Shown here: positions 52,507-64,000 of the stretch, piece by piece
How the letters are laid out: every line of letters starts with the position of its first letter
How positions within the stretch are numbered: the stretch's first letter is position 1
Assembly (NCBI GenBank): GCA_028534125.1
Contig: CM052816.1
Location: 86,430,001-86,494,000 of the forward strand
Direction: 5' to 3'
DNA from: Lama glama
Taxonomy: Eukaryota
Length of the DNA: 64,000 nt
Translations under genes and position numbers: made by a program
The notes under the pieces: model-generated
Databases searched by the model: none
What the model saw: only the letters and a program-made list of their open reading frames with translations
What the model was told of the DNA's origin: nothing

Positions 52507-55500
52507 AAATATAATATGCTCGAGTAATGGTCTTATTTGTACTTACTTGTCTTTGACCTCTTAGGTTTCAGAGTATTAGGCAAATATGTAATCAATGCCA
52601 AATTTATGAGAATTTGATGTATTTATTATGCAAGCTTATAGATCTATCCCAAGTGCTCGCAAAACAGTGAATTTATTGCCGCCTAGTATATTTTTGTCTT
52701 GAAGTATTGAGAATAGTAATAAAAATCAGTAATTTACCATTTGATCATTAGTTCTGAAAATTAACACAATTTCTCACTTATAGGAAAGGTTTTTTTTTTA
52801 AGATAAGTTATAGATGATGGGACACGTGGGTGTACGGGTAAACTTAATGAGACTCTAATTTCCTGACTATTTTGAAGCCAATAGTTTGTATTTACCATCA
52901 GATTTTATTCAAAGATTATATACACATACAGCCGGTTCAGATGCAATAGTATGCAATTCCAGAACCACTCAGAGCCTAGAAGAGATTTCATATCGATATT
53001 TGTTCATTTTAATTGTGTGACCTTTATTGGCTACTGACTTTGGCTCATTTAATTACATAAATATGGATTGTCTGGTTTACCTACATTTAAATAAAATAAA
53101 GCAGCAGTATAAAAGTAATACTAACAGGCACAGTGTTGCAGCATGTACTAAACACTATAAAATGTAACATAAATTAACTCATTTAATTTTCATGTCTGTA
53201 TAATTATAAACATAATAAATTTATTTACCCGTTTCATTAGTCAAGAGAAAATGGAAATATGAAACTTAAGTCACTTGCCCACGGTTCTACAGCTAGAAAA
53301 GGAGTAACAGCTAGGTGAGGGCCCAGGTGCAGTAACTCAGGAACCTGTTTCTAACCGCTATATCAAGAAAGAAATTGGTATATCAGAGACTTCCTTTATC
53401 TTCCCTGGTGCATCTTTCCTTTTGTTAATTCACTGATTCAGTACCTATATGTGGGTATAACTTTAGGTAGGACATACTGAATTCTTAAAATGTCCATGCA
53501 TTTTGATACAAACCCAGGAAAATCAAGCCTTTATTTGTTAGTGCTTTTGTGATACCTAAGGACCGAACAGGAGTGACTGCTTTGCTAAGATCCTCACTGC
53601 TTGGAGGATAAATAAACAAGTTTGCATGAGACAAGGTTTTTCAAGGAAGTGTCGGTATGATATACATAGGGATTTAAGACACGTGCTTACAGTGAGTTGT
53701 GAGACTACCATGATCCCTGGCTGGTGCAAGGGAGGTTTGATTTAATAAGTGCTGATTTTCGCTTTGTAAATAGAGTCACCCTCTCCTCTACTGGGGATTC
53801 TAAGGTAATGTAGGCCCCAGGCTGATCTGCGTATTTTAAAATTATCAAGCACATTTTAAGTAGAGCAACAGGCAGATTTGTCCCAAGGAAGATGCTTTAG
53901 CCAGAGAAAGAGGAGAATGAAATTAAAAATGCCTCTTTTCCCCTTTTATATTATCTAGAAAAAAATGAATATTTTTCTATTCAAAAGCACTGTTCTACAA
54001 TTTATATAGGTTAGATATAGCTCGATTTGTACCATGACCACCAAAATATCCTCAAATATTTATAGGATTTCCCTCTATGGCTCCAGTACCTAGAGTTTGT
54101 AAGAATTACAAAAATGATTGTTATTAAAGCATACATTGCTTTATTAAATACTGATTGAAGCCCTGCTCTGTGACAAGAAGTATGATAGGAAATAATAAAC
54201 TAATTATCCTATAGGGAGAAATAGACAGAATGCATCCATAAATGATTGCATTTTGAAAGTTAGACACAGTCCCTCTCTCTCTCACAAACACACATACACA
54301 CACCTTTATTTATGACACTGTAGTTTCTCTCACACAGTCTCCTTCACTCTTTTACTTGCTTTTGTGTAGATATAGGCTGTACCATAGGTTGCATAAATCT
54401 AAGTACATATGCACATATATGAAAATATATACACATACATATGTAGAATGATACAATAACATTCATCCTATCATTGTCAATTAAAGCCCAAATCATAAAA
54501 TGATGAACTCTTTAGATAGCAGGGGATCAGGAAAGAAAATTCTATACACGTTTTCCAGGCAGGAGAAGGGGCACTGAGGGGGAGAGTGTTTTTGTCAGGG
54601 AGGACGGGATGAACACAGGTGGCATTTGGGGACGTGTGGTGATTTGGTGCGGCTGGATCCCAAGGTTTGAAGCAGGGGCTGTGAGAGATGAGAATGGAAA
54701 TGTAACAGAATCAGCATCCTGAAAAGTATGGGATACAAAAATAAAAAGTCACGTACATTATCTAAGGGGCATTCTTTAGGAGAGTGCCAGGCACAGTTCT
54801 TCATTTTATGTAATTATTCCTGCAGCGACGCTGCACACTGCTTGAGTCGGATGCTCAAGAGTCAATAGGAGTCTGAGCTGCATCTGAGGAGCGGCAGGAT
54901 CTGAGATCTATTTAAGTGCGTGATCCGCAGGGCTCAGTAATTAGGTCGATAAAAGGTTTGAGGGAGAAAGGAGAGCAAAAGATACTTTCTAGTTTTCTAC
55001 CCGAAGAGCCTGTTTGAAGAGAGAGACAGGGATTTCGGTTGATTTACACATTTTGAGTTAAGATTCCTGCAGAAAGCTAGTGGGTTTTAAATACCTAATA
55101 GTGAAACATGTTGATCTGAGGTACACACATGACATGCAAGTGGAAACGGACACGTGTGATCTCAGCGAGGTGAACTGTTTAGAGTAACATAACTAGGAAG
55201 TGCACAATTTCCAAGTGTGATGATACACATTATTCTCTAAGAGAAATACGCGTGTGTGGAAATTGTACAGAAATCCCCTTGGAGCTCTCCAGTCCTTCCT
55301 GTGGAAAGTTGCCTTAGACTAAACTACTTAGCATTTTTCATAATGGGGTTCAGAGTCCCTCCGTATTGTGGCATCCTCTAGAACACACTTGGAAAAATAC
55401 CCCTGAGTACGTATTGATATAAATAAATAGGGACAAGTGTGGCTGTGCAAATATGTTCAGACTCAGTTAAGTCGCTGTTACAGAGTTTTTAGTAAGCCTA

Positions 55501-58199
55501 CAATCTCAGTCGAGACACATTGCAAAGAGACTGAGTACCTGATACAATGTAATATGTTTATGAATGACTCATTTCAGGTTATCCTAGCTTCCCCCAATTC
55601 TACACACCTTTTATGTCCCTACACATTGCTGTATCTATTGATGCCAATTAACTTGGAGACAATTTCAAAGAAATGAATCAAGATGGATTCCCCAGTCTCT
55701 GGGAATCAATGACAACTTCTCTGACAGCTTCGTTTTGCTGCTTTCTTCAACTACATGAACAGGAAACAGACATCTTGCAGCATCTTGTTTTGCTCTAATT
55801 TAATGTAAGTGCCCATAGCTAAGTTGGTGATCATGTCTCCAGTGCTAACAGATTTAGGTTTCCGCCTTTCCTCTGGTGAGAGTCTTCAATTTCAAAGCCT
55901 CAATCCTTCATCAGTCTCTGGTGTGACTTTGAGCTCTCCTCCTCTCTCTCCTGAATGCCCACTTAGCGTTGCACAATTTCCTTAACTACTCTGCAGTTCC
56001 CTCTGAGGAGCTTTATCTTGTTTTTAATTTCTTCCTGTTAAGCTCATTAAAAAACGTCTTTTAAACATTGTACAATGGAATGGTTTATAAACGTGCATAA
56101 TTGTGTCATTTTTCTTAAAGCAAGTATTGTTTGAGATTATTATGCAGCATAGAGATTTTACAATAAGATTACACAGAAAGCAAATAAAAAAACTAATGTT
56201 AAATTATTTTGTTGATTCACGAATGTGGTGCTTTTTTTTATAACAACTCTGCAAAAGTTGAGAGTTCTTAATGTAAATGTGAAAATAGAAGAAAGGGCAG
56301 GGAACAAAGGAAAAAAGTCAAATTCTCTCTCTTTGAGCCTTATTGTTTTTTATCAACAAAACAAAACGGCAGCTATTTGTTGCCAAGCTTCCAGACCTGT
56401 GTTTACCCTCCTTGCTTTTCCGTTTGTTTTCTGGCATCTGTTTTGCTGTTCCTGAGGAAGTCACCGTCACCCTGTCACCTCTCTTACTTTGCCTATCATA
56501 TGCCTTACCTTGAGCTGTCAATTATTTCTAATTCCAGTACGCAAATCTGCAGTGTTTTTAATATTCAGATACAAAGGTCCTTTTGATCAATTTTTTGGTA
56601 GAACAAGTGACCTAGAATATTTAGTTTGAATCCAAAACAAAACAAAACAGAAATACATCAAAATTGTTTAAAACATTTAATAATGAAACTTTATGTGAGG
56701 TTGTTGATAAGAGTCTCAAAGTACACTTATTTAAGTAGCCTTAACTTTTGCCCAGTCTTTAGGGCGTCCTCTTTGCAAAATTACATTTAGATTTTTAAAT
56801 ATAACTTTGCACAGGTGATACAGAAATGGCAATTCCTCGTCTCCTCCTCACATTCATGCCTTTGTACTTAAGTTGATAACCAAACTCAGAACATACTCAC
56901 CAGGAAGGAAGAAATATTTATCTACCCTAAACATTAAAAGAGAAGCAGATGATTCAATCTGACACCTGGGAATGAATTTAAAACAACTATAAATTGGAAT
57001 TGATAGGAAAGCTCACCACATAATTAAAGCTTCATCAACTGTAAGATAAAAAATACAGAGCATGCAAATAGATGTCTTTGAGGAAACAGGAAACGTACGA
57101 TGGGTGACAGGTACTCCTGTGCCTTTGTCAGTGCACAGTACAGCCTGTCTCCTCTCTGAATCCCCTCCTGCTGCTCCCCTAGATGGTAAACACCTTGCAG
57201 GCTTTTAATTAAAGCAACTTCAGTTTGCTTGACAAACTAAGATACTTGTGCTCAACAGACTAGTCTTGGAAATAAATTGTAAAGTATGAATGAATAGCCC
57301 TTTCACACCTTTAAAATACAGAAAAGCACTTTTTAAACTTCAAAATAGACCCAGTAAATCTTGTCCCCAAATAGGTTTCTGAGCATAAACCTAAATCCAG
57401 AGAAAGGATTATCCAATTATGGATCTTGGGCACTGAATAAATATCTGTTGAAAGAACTAAGAACTAAAGTTGCCATAGAATCAAAATGATCATGAATGTG
57501 TGTGTTCTCTTGTGTGTCTACAATGTACATATCTTTATAGTATAGCTAGCTGAATTATTCAACAGAAGAACAACATCTCTGCTATTTTGATGAATGAGCT
57601 CAATTTTAATCATTGCTTTTCTGGAGAGTATGAAACTCCTTGAAAACATTTACATTAGTGTTTCAGGGAAAAATGAATATGTGCATGTATATACACATTC
57701 ACAACTCACTTCCTGTGCGTGTGTCTCATATATAAAATAACTTGGGCTTATTATAATATGAACCAGTGGAGCATGATCACTGCCTTGCTAACCCTCAAAA
57801 AGTACTGAAAATTAACATGGATAGTGCTTACTCTCATCCAAATGAGATAAACTTGGTGATGGAGATAATCTTTGCAGCAACCAAGAAATGAAATGAAGTG
57901 ATAAATGATTTTGGATCCTTGACCAGAGCTATAATGACAAGTTCAAAGCAGACAGATTTTTAGAATCTAAGCGTGTGCCTAAAAATATAAGCAATCTCAA
58001 AAAAATTAAAAAATTCAAGCTAAAAATAAAAAGTGGGAGAGCAAATTCCCAGAGACAATGCTCAGTGAAATCTACGTGACAGTAAAATTAATGAAACAAA
58101 AAACGTTTTTTTTCTTTTGTTCTCTCTCTCTCTGTTAAAAGATGCATGATACAGAAACTTTTTACCGTGACCTGATAATCTCTAATATTATCAGGACAA

Positions 58200-61100
58200 T
58201 TTTCTGTTCAATTTTTTAAAATAATTTGCATCAAAGTATTCAATTTACAGGTAATTTTTAAAGTGGGAAATAAGCCACCCATTCCATTCCTCCTCACCCA
58301 TAGCTCTAATCATCACCGAAAACAATTTTAAAGTGTTACTCTTTTTAGTTCATCTAGGTTAAGCTGCACTTCTCTAAGTATTATCTTCTTCTTGTTATTT
58401 TTAAGATATTTTTAAATATTACCTCTTGACTTCTTTTCATGATTCATGGAAATGGACCTTAGTAACACCTCAATCTATTCTCCCCCAATATAATTATAAC
58501 ACTTTCAAAATTTCTCTATCGGTTATCTTAGCAAATTTAAACATATTATGAAATTTATTTTACATCCACCATTCTCAGCCTTCCTCTCTGTCTTTCTGTC
58601 CCAGCAGCATTCTCACTGAAGCACTAAATATATCTAAGAATTTTTTAACTGTCATTAAAAAAAAACTCTATAATTTTCAAAATGCAGTTATTCAAAGTGC
58701 TATGCCAATACCCATAAAAGTTTGATCTTCAGTCCAAAAATTTATAAAAGAGCATACACTGGTTCTCAAAAGTCTAAGAGGAAGAACTCTAGACATTTTA
58801 TTTCCCATGTAATGATTTCAACTATTGAATATTAAAGATCCTCTTTAGTAAAGTTGTATGTCCCAAGATGTTACGGGTTTGTGCTTTAGATGTGCTGTGT
58901 GTACAGCTGTTCAGAATTTGTTAGTGGGAAACCTTTATAGCACTCAGCTTCATTTTGGCAACATTCAGAGATGCAAACCTAGATTCCTCAGTCTCCCCCT
59001 TCCAGCATGAGCTGGCTAATCTCTGTATCTCGGGAAAATCTGCCATTCCAGGCATTTCTTTCTCACTTTTGTAACTTGGATATATAGGTCTCTAGATTTC
59101 ATATAATCGTATGTCTTGATTTAGCCCCTTCTTTTCCTGGAATACATTCTTTATTAGGTTCTTTTAAAAGGCCCAAAGGGAGAGAAATTTGCTGAGTCTA
59201 AAAGTATCTTTGTTGGGCTATCCTACTTGATTAATGCGGTGCTTATAGTGAACATTCGAAGTTCAAAATAACTTCGTCAGCAAATTTTGATGACAGTGCT
59301 CGATATCTTTCTAGGATCAGGGGTTACCTTGACAAGTCCATTGACATTTTGATCCATGCCATGTCTTTTCTTTTTTTCCAATCTCACAGTTATATATTAA
59401 TTTTTAATTGAGTGTATTTCCTTCTATTTGTCCTCTAGCTCCGTAATTCTGTCCTTCAGTGATTTTAATTTCCTGTTTAACTCAGCCACTATTTTTAACT
59501 GTTTTAGCTTCTACTATTATATTATTAATATCTATTCATTATATTTGGCTTCATAACAATATAGCTAGCCACTTTTTATAGCTATTTTCTAGTTAAAAAA
59601 TCTTGTAACTTTTACTCCTTAAAACATATTGGATATATTTTTAATATTCTTCATGTGATGACTCCACATTAGTAGCTTTGTTGATAGGATTCAGCTAAAG
59701 TGTTTCATTTGTTTTCTATTTTGCTTTTGAATTTTATTTTATGGTTGCTTTTCAGTGTTTTGTTTTTGGTTTTTTTTTTCCTGCTGACACTCACTTATGT
59801 TTCCTTTTGTTGTTATTATATATATTTTTAAAATTATAATCATTGAAATTTGTGACATTTGATGTTGAATTTTAAAAAGAAGATGTTTACTTCTGTCAAG
59901 AGCCAAGAACACTAACACTTTTAAGTGATGCTTACTTTGACAATTATTTATGGTGTATTTGGGTTTGTTTGTTTATTCTATATTTTCATGGAGGATGTAA
60001 TAACTATAAGAGAATATCAGTAGCACCACTTTAAAAGCATTACAAGGACTTTAAAAACAATCGCATTCACTGCATGATCCTTGAATTTTGTACATATATA
60101 TATTTGAGAAAGATTATTCATATGTATAAATATATATATAATACTAATCTATTCCTAAACACATTGTTTTTCTTGTTGTTTATGGTTTATAAAAATAGTA
60201 TCACACTATATATAATTTTCTGAAGTTTGCTTTTTTCCACTTAATATGATACAACTAAAATTCATCCATAATTTTTCCAACGTAACTACAGCTCATAGTT
60301 TTCACTTTTGTGTTGTATTGGGATGTGTGATAATGTAACAGTTTACTTACCTATTCTCACGCTGCTTTACATTTGGGTTCTCTTCCTCTTTTTTTAAAAA
60401 TTTTACTAACAATAATTCTGTAGGGCATTTCTGCAACTATGCTCCCTGTGCACATTGCTGGATTTTACTTATGCTAATAGTTAACGTCACATCATATAAT
60501 CATGTTATGGGTTGAATTGTGTCCTCTAAAAATATATTTTTGAGGCCAAATCCACACTATTACAGAATTTACTTTAAATGAAAATAGGGTCTTTACAGAG
60601 GTGATCAAGTTTAAAGGAGCTGATTAGGGTTGAGGCCCTTTTCCGATATGACTGGTGATCTTTATAAAAGGGGAAATTTGGCCACATGGAGGGAAGACAA
60701 GGTGAACATACAGGAAGAAGATGGTCATGTAACTGCAACGATGCATCTACAAGCCAAGGAACGCCAAGGATTGTTGGCAAACACTAAGCTAGAAAAGGCA
60801 AAGAAAGATCTTCTCTAAAGCTTTCAAGGAGAGAATGACCCTGCCAGAGACCTAGATTTCAGACTTCCAGCCCTCAAAACTGTAAGGGAATAAACTTCTA
60901 TTGTTTTAAGCCTCCCTGATTTTGGTACTTTTTTATAGCAACACTAGGACACTAACACATTTCCCAAAGTCATTGTGCCAAATTTAACACCCATCAGCTC
61001 TGCATAAATAGTTCTTTTTGGATCACTTTTAACACTTGGTTTTCTCAGGCTTTATTTTTGTTAATTTAGTAGGTGTAAAATGATATCATATCATGTTTTT

Positions 61101-61240
61101 AATCCTAATTTGCATTTGTTTGATTAAGATCCAGTGTCTCTCTCTATTTGCCTTTCTTGTTTCTTCTCCTGTAAATTGTTTTCCATTTACATCCTCGACT
61201 AATTATTTTCTACTAGCTTATTTCTCTTTTCTTATGGATC
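58200..61240 (-). mobile_element. Cluster of highly degraded old L1M fragments
   Basis: T-rich antisense L1 motifs, e.g. ttgcttttttccacttaatat and atgtttttaatcctaatttgcattt; boundaries loose. Confidence 0.45.
60503..60959 (+). mobile_element. MLT1B/C-type MaLR solo LTR
   Basis: tgttatgggttgaattgtgtcc...gaaaatagggtctttacagaggtgatcaagtt...ctacaagccaaggaacgccaaggattg...ttcagacttccagcc...actaacaca; no clean TSD seen. Confidence 0.85.
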
Positions 61241-62617
61241 CATATGTGTTTATATACACATATGTACATATGCATGTGTGCGTGTATATATGTGTGTGTA
61301 TGCATGTGTGCATACACCCCAGCAGGCATGTGCATGTTGCTCTTTACCTACGACACCTGACTCCACTATTTTCCTTCCTTTGTGGCTTTATGAGCCAAGT
61401 ATTTACGACTGTATTTTTATTGAGCTGTAATACATATTTCCAGGGCTATTAATGTCTCACACTTTTGCAAAAGGCACTTGAGGGAGAAAGGTATGAAGGG
61501 AGGTGGAGAAGCAGAGTCCTCTCAGTAGCATTATCTCAGTGGTTTTCTTGTCCATACACACAGTGTCCCTGAAGGCACTGTAGACTGCCCTGTGATCCTT
61601 CACCCCACCTGTTGTGGATGCCACAGCATCATCTTTCTCCCCTAGCAGTTAGAGCTGCCTATGTCTGTAAAAATACAGCTCTCCAGGGTCATCTGAACCC
61701 CCAAGGTGAGTGCAAATGTTATGAAGGGCGCCTTGATCACCCTTCCACAGAATGCAAAGCACTTACTAGTCCTAGATTATTGTGGAAACTATTCACTGGT
61801 GTGTAACTACCCTGTGGATAACCTGGGCTTTGACATTATTCTCCATGCTTCAAGGGGCCGTCAAATAAAAGATAAGTTTTGTGAAAATGGCAAATATCCT
61901 CAGACCGAAAAGGGGCTTCAGCTTTTACTTACTTCTCTGAGTTCTCATTTTTCTCCAGCTTGGAGCTCATACTTTTTTGATACATTCCAATGTGTACTTC
62001 TGTCTCTGTGATCCATAAGTATTGATTTCCAGCTAGAAAGTTGAACTAAATGATCTAATTTGCATTGCCAGAAACCTAATCTGATTTAATGTGTTTTAAT
62101 CAGCTAAATAATTATTGACTTATCAATGTTCAAATGTTTTAAATGCTGAACAGAAGAAGCAAGTTGATTGGTTTCTTTGCATTTTTCTATGACCACAATA
62201 ATCTCTGATATCTCACTTAATTTCTGTCTCAAGGGATCCTAACTTCACTTACCTTTCCATTCCTCAGACTTAGAAACAGCAAGTCTCCAAAAAAGATGTA
62301 GTTTATATTGTAGAAAAGCACTGTATTAGTGACCAGCGTTTGGGCATTCAGGTTTTGTTATATTCTGGTGGAATGGAATTCTAGGCCTATTTTAGTGACT
62401 ATGATTTAAAAAAATGTACAGATACTTTACAAGTATGAATTAGTAAATAAAGATTTGTATAATCAGTTCTAATATTATGTTTCTTTTTTGATATTTTTAT
62501 TATATTATACTACAGGTTTTTTATACTGAAAAACTTTAAATACTAATATTATAAATCATAGAACTCTAAATTCCTCTTGAAGTGTACAGATACCTTATAT
62601 CTAAAACAAAGACCAGT

Positions 62618-62737
62618 GAGGGGAAGGTATAGCTCAGTGGTAGAGTGTGCTTAGCAAGCACAAGGCCTTGGGGTCAATCCCCAGCATCTCCATTAAAACA
62701 AATAAACAAACAAACAACCCCCCCAAAAAACAAAAAA
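62618..62737 (+). mobile_element. tRNA-Ala-derived SINE (camelid vic-1 type)
   Basis: gggaaggtatagctcagtggtagagtgtgcttagcaagcacaaggccttggggtcaatccccagcatctcc followed by an A/C-rich tail. Confidence 0.82.
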
Positions 62738-63769
62738 GTTGGACCAAAAAAGGCAAAAAAAGAAAAAAATCAGTTACATGTTAAAAGGTAATGACTTACT
62801 GTTATTTAAAGTTTAAAGAAAGTTTTTTTAACTAAGTAGGCTGGAGTTGATGATGTTTTGTGGTAGAAGCATAGTGAAATAGATATATATCAAGGAAGTG
62901 TTAGAGGTTGCCAGGCAGAGAATTGTGCAGAACGTCTTTCATAAAGAGGAAAAGTGTATCAAGCTGAAGTAGGAAAAGCATATTGGAAAAACCTAAAGGA
63001 GACCAGTGTTATGGAGATTACTAATGAAGGGAGAGACTGAGAGGGAAGAGGAGCCAGTCTCTGCAGGGCCAGCCTATGTATGCTCTATTTTAAATACAAA
63101 TGGAACTACCGAAGAGTTCTGAAGCTCTGAGTGATTATTGATAAAATTACTGTTTTCAAAGAGGCAATATGATTGCAGTGTGTACTGAGAGTATCTTAGA
63201 TTTGATTGGATTTGGCCAAGTGTAGGATTTGGTAAATGAGTTAGGGTGTTTCTTGGTTATCCAAAATACGAGTGTGTATTAGCTACTATACTCCAAAAAA
63301 TACAACGGGATTAAAAAGGTGAGAAAACTACAAAGTTATCTCTGTTTGTATAACATCTTCATGGTACATACAAATAAACAAGTAAATAATAGAATGCCTG
63401 GCAGCAGCAAGTGGTATGAAGAGCACCTGGGAGTGGTATTTTCAATAAAATTATTTTCAGTAGGGTTATTGCTGAAAGCGTTTGCAGAGTTGAGCAGTTA
63501 TCTGAAGGAAGTAAGCGAGAGCGTTGTCTGAATATCCAGAAATGGATGTTTCTAGGAGAAACAGCAAAGGCAGAGAGAGCCAATAAGACAGACAGTAGCC
63601 AAGGAATGAACGGAGAGTTGCTTTCAATAGTGTGTTACCAGGGATTGGTAGAGAAAAATGTAGAAAAGGAATGAAAAAGTACACATTAAGGGACTAACTG
63701 GAGTGTGGTGGAAACTCAGTCTTAATGCTGTCTCCTGGGAAATGACTTCAAACCGAGCAGGAAAGGTGC

Positions 63770-64000
63770 CTGGACTAGTTAGTTAGGGCGGCCGTAACGA
63801 GGTCCCACAGGCTAGGTGGTGTAAACGATAGAAATTTATTTTCTCACAGTTCTGGAAACTGGAAGTCCCAGAGCAAAGTGGATTCTTCTGAGGCCTTTCT
63901 TTGGCTCGTAGATGCCCATCTTCTCCTTGTCTTCCCATGGGCTTTCCTCTGTGCCTGCCTGTGTCTAAGTCTCTTTTTTAGGACACTAGTCACGTAAGAC
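63770..64000 (-). mobile_element. MLT1-type MaLR LTR, cut by the window end
   Basis: agaaatttattttctcacagttctggaaactggaagtcc...ccatcttctccttgtctt...aggacactagtca. Confidence 0.75.

Noticed and set aside
62620..62692. Functional tRNA-Ala gene (also 39840-39910)
   Set aside because: Stems are disrupted, an A-rich tail follows and the other copy has a TSD: SINE copies.

Overview
Mammalian genomic DNA, AT-rich and repeat-dense, with two 500-N assembly gaps. Two tRNA-Ala-derived vic-1-type SINEs point to a camelid. The window lies inside a type II cadherin gene on the + strand. Three spliced coding exons (42059-42353, 43882-44001, 44426-44593) translate to the EC1-EC2 region of cadherin-10 (CDH10). 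Everything else is intron: old and younger L1s, L2/MIR, MaLR/ERVL LTRs and hAT/Tigger MITEs. The most notable region is a nested cluster at about 24.5-29.7 kb on the - strand. It contains a defective ERV1 provirus with a MER39/LTR39-like 3' LTR, a degenerate but full-length env collinear with the MER34/HEMO (ERVMER34-1) envelope, and a heavily deleted pol. Next to it is a GC-rich processed pseudogene of unidentified parent, split by a solo LTR with a 4-bp TSD. Also seen: an ancient ~400-bp direct duplication bracketing an L1 block, and a short tailed LTR-like retrocopy. I found no intact novel gene or convincing new functional system. Repeat family names and protein comparisons come from recalled sequences, not a database search.
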